64,000 nt of DNA from an uncultured bacterium. Its GTDB lineage: Bacteria; Chloroflexota; UBA5177; JANWHV01. The position numbers were made by a program, and so were the translations under genes. Of this stretch, positions 59,048 to 64,000 are shown in pieces. Location of the stretch: assembly GCA_963729625.1 (NCBI GenBank), contig CAVSOU010000009.1:32001-96000 (forward strand), written 5' to 3'. How positions within the stretch are numbered: the stretch's first letter is position 1; each line of letters begins with the position of its first letter. Below the pieces are notes generated by a model, which was not told the origin of the DNA, searched no databases, and saw only the letters and a list, made by a program, of their open reading frames with translations.

Positions 59048-60211
59048 ATGGGCAGTGATTCGATCAATGTCGCCATCATCGGCACCAAGTTCATGGGCAA
59101 GGCGCACAGCAACGCCTGGGCAAACGCTCACCACTTCTTCGATCTCGAACGCAAGCCGGTACTCAAGGTGGCGTGCGGGCGCGATAAAGAGGACCTTGGG
59201 CGATTTGCGCAACGGTGGGGCTGGGAGGATACAGATACCGACTGGCGCAGGGTGATTGCGCGGCCGGATGTAGACATCGTGGATATCGGCGTGCCGCAGA
59301 ATCTGCACCGAGAGATCGCGGTGGCCGCCGCTAAGGCAGGAAAGCATATCTTCTGCGAGAAGCCGATCGCGCTTTCGTTGGCCGAGGCGCGGGAGATGCT
59401 CGACGCGGCGCAGGCAGCCGGCGTCGTTCACTACCTCAACCACAACTACCGGCGCGTCCCCGCCGTCGCATTGGCCAGACGCCTGATCGACGAAGGCAAG
59501 ATCGGACGGATCTTCCACTGGCGCGGCGCGTATTTGCAGTCGTGGATCATCAATCCGTCGTTTCCCTTGACCTGGCATTTGCGACGGGAAACGGCGGGAT
59601 CGGGGCCGAACGGCGACCTCAATTCGCACAGCATCGATCTGGCGCGCTATCTCGTGGGCGAGATCAGCGAGGTGATGGCGATGACGGCGCAGTTCGTAGG
59701 CGAGCGACCGCTACCGGGGGCCGGCGCGGCCACGTTCTCCGCGGGTAGCTCAACCGGCGGTGAAGTCGGCAAGGTCACCGTGGAGGACGCGGCCTTCCTC
59801 GTGGCGCGGTTTGCAAACGGCGCGCTTGGGACCTTTGATGCGTCTCGTTTTGCCCTTGGGCGCAAGAACTACAACGTCTTCGAGATCTACGGAGACAAGG
59901 GCAGCATCCTGTTCGACATGGAGCGCATGAACGAACTGCAGTATTACTCGGCGTCAGATCCCGACGATGCGCAGGGCTTCAGGACCATCCTTGTCACCGA
60001 GCCGGTGCATCCATACATTTCGCATTGGTGGCCGCCTGGACATATCATCGGCTATGAGCATGAGTTCAGCCACGCCGTGGCCGACTTCATCCATGCGATT
60101 GCCACAGGCGGGACCATAACGCCGAACTTCGCGGACGGCGTGGCGGGGATGGCTGTTATGGAGGCGGCGTTGAAATCGGCAGAGAGCGGCCGACTGGTTA
60201 CCGTCGCCTAG
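59048..60211 (+). CDS. Gfo/Idh/MocA oxidoreductase
   Basis: IG..FMGKAHS, CEKP, NYRR.PA, GD..SH.ID motifs. Confidence 0.95.
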   Translation: MGSDSINVAIIGTKFMGKAHSNAWANAHHFFDLERKPVLKVACGRDKEDLGRFAQRWGWEDTDTDWRRVIARPDVDIVDIGVPQNLHREIAVAAAKAGKHIFCEKPIALSLAEAREMLDAAQAAGVVHYLNHNYRRVPAVALARRLIDEGKIGRIFHWRGAYLQSWIINPSFPLTWHLRRETAGSGPNGDLNSHSIDLARYLVGEISEVMAMTAQFVGERPLPGAGAATFSAGSSTGGEVGKVTVEDAAFLVARFANGALGTFDASRFALGRKNYNVFEIYGDKGSILFDMERMNELQYYSASDPDDAQGFRTILVTEPVHPYISHWWPPGHIIGYEHEFSHAVADFIHAIATGGTITPNFADGVAGMAVMEAALKSAESGRLVTVA

Positions 60212-60221
60212 CGCTCGCGGT

Positions 60222-60245
60222 AGGGGGTGGCGCCCGCCACCCCCT
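60222..60245 (+). terminator. Intrinsic terminator between convergent genes
   Basis: AGGGGGTGGCG-CC-CGCCACCCCCT followed by TCGGTTT. Confidence 0.65.
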
Positions 60246-60311
60246 TCGGTTTCCGTTGCGCGCCCAGCGCGGAGCGTTGCGCTCGTAGCTGGTGTCGGAT
60301 CGCAGCCTGCG

Positions 60312-61148
60312 CTACGCTCGGCCGAGCACGCCCTTCAGGTGAGCAATGGACGTTGCCGCCTGCTCAACCGTTCCGCACTCGACCGACAGCACGCCGGTGT
60401 AGTTGGCGCTTTCCAGGATTTCCACTACCTCGCGCCAGTTCACGGCCCCATCACCGCACGCGCAGCCTACAGGTGTGCCCGTCACGTGACCGCGCTTTTC
60501 CTCCGCCATGTCGAAGGCGATGTCCTTCGCGTGCACATGGACAACTCGGTCCACAACCTGCTTCAGGTCGCGAATTGGATCGGAGCCGGCAAGGTAGCTG
60601 TTCCCGGTGTCGAAATTGATACGAATCCACGGTGACGGCACGAGCTCGACAATGCGCAGGAGGCCCTCGACCTTCGTCGTATACACGCCGTGGGGTTCAA
60701 TGCCGACGTAGATGCCATAGCGCTCCGCCGTTTGGGCCACCACCGTGAGTGAATAGCGCATCATCTCCCAGGCCTGGTCTTCGCTCATCCAACCCGGCTT
60801 GATCCCTTCGTCGGTGTTGACAACAGGAGCTCCCAGGTCCGAGGCGTAGCGAATGGCCTGCCGCAAGTACGGTACGCCCGCATCCGGCCGCATGAGCGGC
60901 GCGTGTGCCGAAATGCCCGAAGGCTTGAGACCGGCTGCCGCGAGCTGGTCTCGGACTTCGATTGGGTCTTCCTCCATGGTGCGGAAATGATAGTAGCCGG
61001 CTTCGATCAGCAGGTCTCTTCCGGTCATGACGCACGGCTCGAGGTATTCGTATCCCAGTTCGGCAGCTTTCGATACGGCGTACTCAAAGGGCTTGTCCTC
61101 ATGCCGAACGAACTCAGCGTTCACGCCTATGCCGATGTGACCAGACAT
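60312..61148 (-). CDS. Sugar phosphate isomerase/epimerase (AP_endonuc_2)
   Basis: IEPH, NFDTGN, HVHAKD, SVE motifs. Confidence 0.9.
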   Translation of the reverse strand: MSGHIGIGVNAEFVRHEDKPFEYAVSKAAELGYEYLEPCVMTGRDLLIEAGYYHFRTMEEDPIEVRDQLAAAGLKPSGISAHAPLMRPDAGVPYLRQAIRYASDLGAPVVNTDEGIKPGWMSEDQAWEMMRYSLTVVAQTAERYGIYVGIEPHGVYTTKVEGLLRIVELVPSPWIRINFDTGNSYLAGSDPIRDLKQVVDRVVHVHAKDIAFDMAEEKRGHVTGTPVGCACGDGAVNWREVVEILESANYTGVLSVECGTVEQAATSIAHLKGVLGRA

Positions 61149-61537
61149 CCCAACAACCTTTCGCTAAGATGATTCCGCGGCGCCGTTGCCGTCCCTGCCT
61201 GAGGCAGCGACCGCTGGTCGGGCTCGACACTGTGAACATACTCGATCTGGGTTGCGTCAGGCGTCGTTTGCGGTACGGGAGCGGTGAGCAATCTGTCGCC
61301 AGATTCGCGGGTCGAGGGAACATCGGCCCCAGAGTGCGGCGCCCTGGTGTCCGCGGAGCCGTCGGTAACGACCGCAGTGCGCAATCGCATCCGGCTCTCT
61401 CGCCCTGGCAGCTCTTTTCCAGCGGGCGAAACGGCCAGGGCTTCGCACTGCCGGCCGCGATAGGCGAGACGATCGCTGGCCCCGATCGTCCGGCTGTGTG
61501 CGTGTTGGGCGATGTACGTGTACCGCAGCGGCGGCTG

Positions 61538-61828
61538 CTAGGGTCCAGGCGGCGCTCCGGATGCATCGGGCGGTGCGGAGCTCGCGGTAGTGGTTGGAAC
61601 GGACAGCGACACGGCCGGCTGACTATCCGTGGCCGGAGCGTACTGGCTGATCAGCGTCCGATCGATCCCATGCTGATAGACGGTGCCCTGCCAGAAGGAT
61701 AGGCACCCTGCCGCGGCCAGGCAGAGTGTGACGACGACGAACCGGCGTTGCTTTGCGCCCGGTAAGGCTCGGGCAGCATGCGGCAGCAATCGGACCAGGT
61801 GGGCCGGTTGCGTTGCGGTATGGAGCAT
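61538..61828 (-). CDS. Hypothetical membrane-anchored protein
   Basis: RBS GAGGGG; basic segment, one TM helix, Ser/Pro/Thr-rich tail. Confidence 0.4.
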   Translation of the reverse strand: MLHTATQPAHLVRLLPHAARALPGAKQRRFVVVTLCLAAAGCLSFWQGTVYQHGIDRTLISQYAPATDSQPAVSLSVPTTTASSAPPDASGAPPGP

Positions 61829-62000
61829 AGGTTCCCCCTCGTTTGCCAGTGTTGTCCCTGTGTGGACGTCTGCGCATCAGGCCGGCGGCGAGCGCCTGCT
61901 CAATCGGGCGCATCACGAGTCTCGCCTGGTGGCAGTTGCAGCTCTTGTCGAATATCCAGCAGGAGTATGCTCGGCGATGATGGCAGCAATGTGACAATCG

Positions 62001-62039
62001 GGTAAGTGATGGCTAAGAAGTGGCTAAGGCTTTGCTAAG
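62001..62039. promoter_or_regulatory. Four G(G/C)TAAG direct repeats at exact 11-bp spacing
   Basis: GGTAAG 62001, GCTAAG 62012, 62023, 62034. Confidence 0.6.
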
Positions 62040-62336
62040 GGTCGAGAGGGCTTCTGTGGCACTCATCCACGCACGCCGCGGACGAGCCTGTCGATCGTGG
62101 TAAGCTCAGATTGTGCCTGCTCCGAAGTGGACGCGGTGGCTAGTCCTTGACGGGTGCTTGGTGACAACCTGGGTGGTACACGGCGGCTACCGGGCTCCGA
62201 CTTGGTGACCGGCGCGCCGTGGCCGTCGAGTGGCGCCAACGCGTATGCGCGGTTGCGGACCGTGGCTCGGTAGCGAGCCGTCCACGATCGAAATGGGTCT
62301 GAGGTGATCGGACATACTGCCGAGGAAGGAACAACT

Positions 62337-63317
62337 ATGAGATGCGTACGGCCAACGTTCATTGCACTGGCGATCTTGTTCAGCGCTTTGCTGCCGTCCG
62401 CACGCGTAGCGGTTAGTCATGCGACGGCCGGTAGCTTCGTCGTGGCCAGTGCCCTTGACGACGGCAGTCCAGGCACGCTGCGCGCTGTGCTGGCCGCCGC
62501 GCCCGCCGGTTCGAGCATCACGTTCGCCCAAAGTCTTGTCGGCAAGACCATCACCTTGAGCCTCGGCCCGCTGATCCCGGTGCACAATGTTGTGATTAGC
62601 GGGCCCGGCAGCAGCAGCTTGGCGTTGTCAGGTGCGTATGGCTTCTGCTTGCTACAAATCAACGCAGGCTTGAACGTAGAGGTTGACGGACTGGCCTTCG
62701 TGGACGGCTGCGCCTCGACCACGCCCCTAGGCGCCTCCATCGTTAATTACGGCACGCTCTACATGCACCATGACATGCTCATGCAGAACACGGGCGCGCT
62801 GGCCGGGGCGATCTACAACACCGGCTACCTGAACGTGTTCAGCAGCACGGTCGTCGACAATGGGGCGGTGCAGAGCCCACCGTATGCCGGCGTGCCCATG
62901 CTGGCGGGCGGCATCGCCAACCTCGGCATCGCGTACCTTGATGGCGACTCGCTGACCGACAACACTGCCGGGAACGAAGGCGCCCTCTACAACAAGGGCA
63001 GTATGGTCGTGAATAACACCATGTTTCTGCGCAACCAAAGTTACGGCGCTGCCGGAAGCATTGCCAATGTCGGAGGCACGCTCGCCGTGGCCAGTTCGGT
63101 GTTTGAGCAGAACAGTTCGGTCTACGGCCAGGGCGGTATCTACAACATGGCCTCGCTCTCGCTCTCCAGCGTGACTATGATGTATAACTCTGGCAAGTAC
63201 TACACGACCATCGTGAACGCCGTACCCGGCACCGTGACTGTTCGCTACTCACGTATCGACGGGACCTGCCTGGGCGTGGTTATTCCGACGTGTCCCGTAC
63301 CGAGCGTCGGCCCGTAG
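62337..63317 (+). CDS. Secreted beta-helix (pectin-lyase-like / POMP-repeat) protein
   Basis: Signal peptide; D.G.PGTLR.. N-terminal module; repeated N....GGI.N.G. Confidence 0.75.
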   Translation: MRCVRPTFIALAILFSALLPSARVAVSHATAGSFVVASALDDGSPGTLRAVLAAAPAGSSITFAQSLVGKTITLSLGPLIPVHNVVISGPGSSSLALSGAYGFCLLQINAGLNVEVDGLAFVDGCASTTPLGASIVNYGTLYMHHDMLMQNTGALAGAIYNTGYLNVFSSTVVDNGAVQSPPYAGVPMLAGGIANLGIAYLDGDSLTDNTAGNEGALYNKGSMVVNNTMFLRNQSYGAAGSIANVGGTLAVASSVFEQNSSVYGQGGIYNMASLSLSSVTMMYNSGKYYTTIVNAVPGTVTVRYSRIDGTCLGVVIPTCPVPSVGP

Positions 63318-63524
63318 TCTGAGCATTCGCATAACGCCGTCAAACCCCGACCAGGCACATCGCCGCGATTCACTTTGCCGCGGACCGACCGCACTCCACC
63401 TGGCGCCCGGCTGCGAGTCCGCCTGTAGGTCGACGGCAAGCATTGAGCATACACGCACCAGGATGTGGTGGCGCCACGTGGCTGCAGTCGGCTGTGACTC
63501 GAGCAGGATGCGCCGGCGGCACGC

Positions 63525-64000
63525 TTAACAATCGCTCGCCCGAAGGCGGAACTTCTGGAAGGTGTGACAATCGGTGGTCACCAAGCCAGTCGGACCGCCG
63601 TGCGTGTGTGTGACCTCCGCCACGTACAGGTCGCCGCGCGAATCAACGCCTATGTCGTGGGGGGCGACGAAATTGCCTGGAGCGCAGCGGTCAGGGCCGC
63701 CCCAGCGAGCGACGAGCCGGCCGGCGCGGTCAAACACGCTTACGCGTCCCGGCTGGTCCGCGACGATCTCACCGTGGACCATTGACCGGTTGCCGACTTG
63801 CCACCAGAGCTCCGCCACGTAGAGGTTCCCTTCGCCGTCGAAGGTCAGGTTCGTAGGCCGCTGCACGTCTGTCCATTGCTCCAGAAATCCTCCATCGGGT
63901 GTGAAGACCTGGACCCGGTCGCTCTCGCGGTCGGCGACGAAGACTCGCCCGTCCCCGGCCACGCAAATTCCGTGCGGCAGGTGGAACTGACCTGGCCCGA
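63525..64000 (-). CDS. NHL-repeat beta-propeller protein (peptidyl-alpha-hydroxyglycine lyase-like), C-terminal part
   Basis: GQFHLPHGI, VFVADRE.DRVQVF, F.APHDI.VDSRGDLYVAEV; begins beyond the window end. Confidence 0.85.
   Translation of the reverse strand, partial: GPGQFHLPHGICVAGDGRVFVADRESDRVQVFTPDGGFLEQWTDVQRPTNLTFDGEGNLYVAELWWQVGNRSMVHGEIVADQPGRVSVFDRAGRLVARWGGPDRCAPGNFVAPHDIGVDSRGDLYVAEVTHTHGGPTGLVTTDCHTFQKFRLRASDC

Noticed and set aside
61127-61828. Amber read-through (pyrrolysine-type) joining 61538-61828 to an in-frame downstream ORF
   Set aside because: The frame stays open after the TAG, but this is common at high GC; the extension is low-complexity, overlaps the next gene, and no pyl genes are visible.
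62165-62183. T-box antiterminator (AACCTGGGTGGTACACGG)
   Set aside because: One base short of TGGNACC, no stem I or terminator, and the downstream gene is unrelated to amino acids.

Overview
High-GC bacterial chromosomal segment. Gene content suggests Chloroflexota or a related Terrabacteria lineage (inference only). It is mostly accessory metabolism: four ABC transporter systems (multidrug-type with MarR, peptide/nickel-type followed by gabD, and two sugar systems), sugar kinases and oxidoreductases, rbsD/rbsK, hypA/hypB without a visible hydrogenase or urease, System II cytochrome c biogenesis (resB/ccsA), tex, a surface-polysaccharide cluster, tRNA-Asn(GTT), an MshC/CysRS-like ligase, and a scar joining a group II intron maturase fragment to an IS982-like transposase fragment. 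Four genes carry single-base frameshifts in short base runs, most likely long-read errors. The most notable unexplained signal is a pair of homologous non-coding elements of 135 and 153 nt (29358-29492 and 33743-33895). They show compensatory base changes in several stems, a shared upstream promoter-like motif and a shared ACCA after the closing stem. They look like a structured RNA family I cannot match to any family I know, and on the minus strand they precede hypA and a glycoside hydrolase gene.
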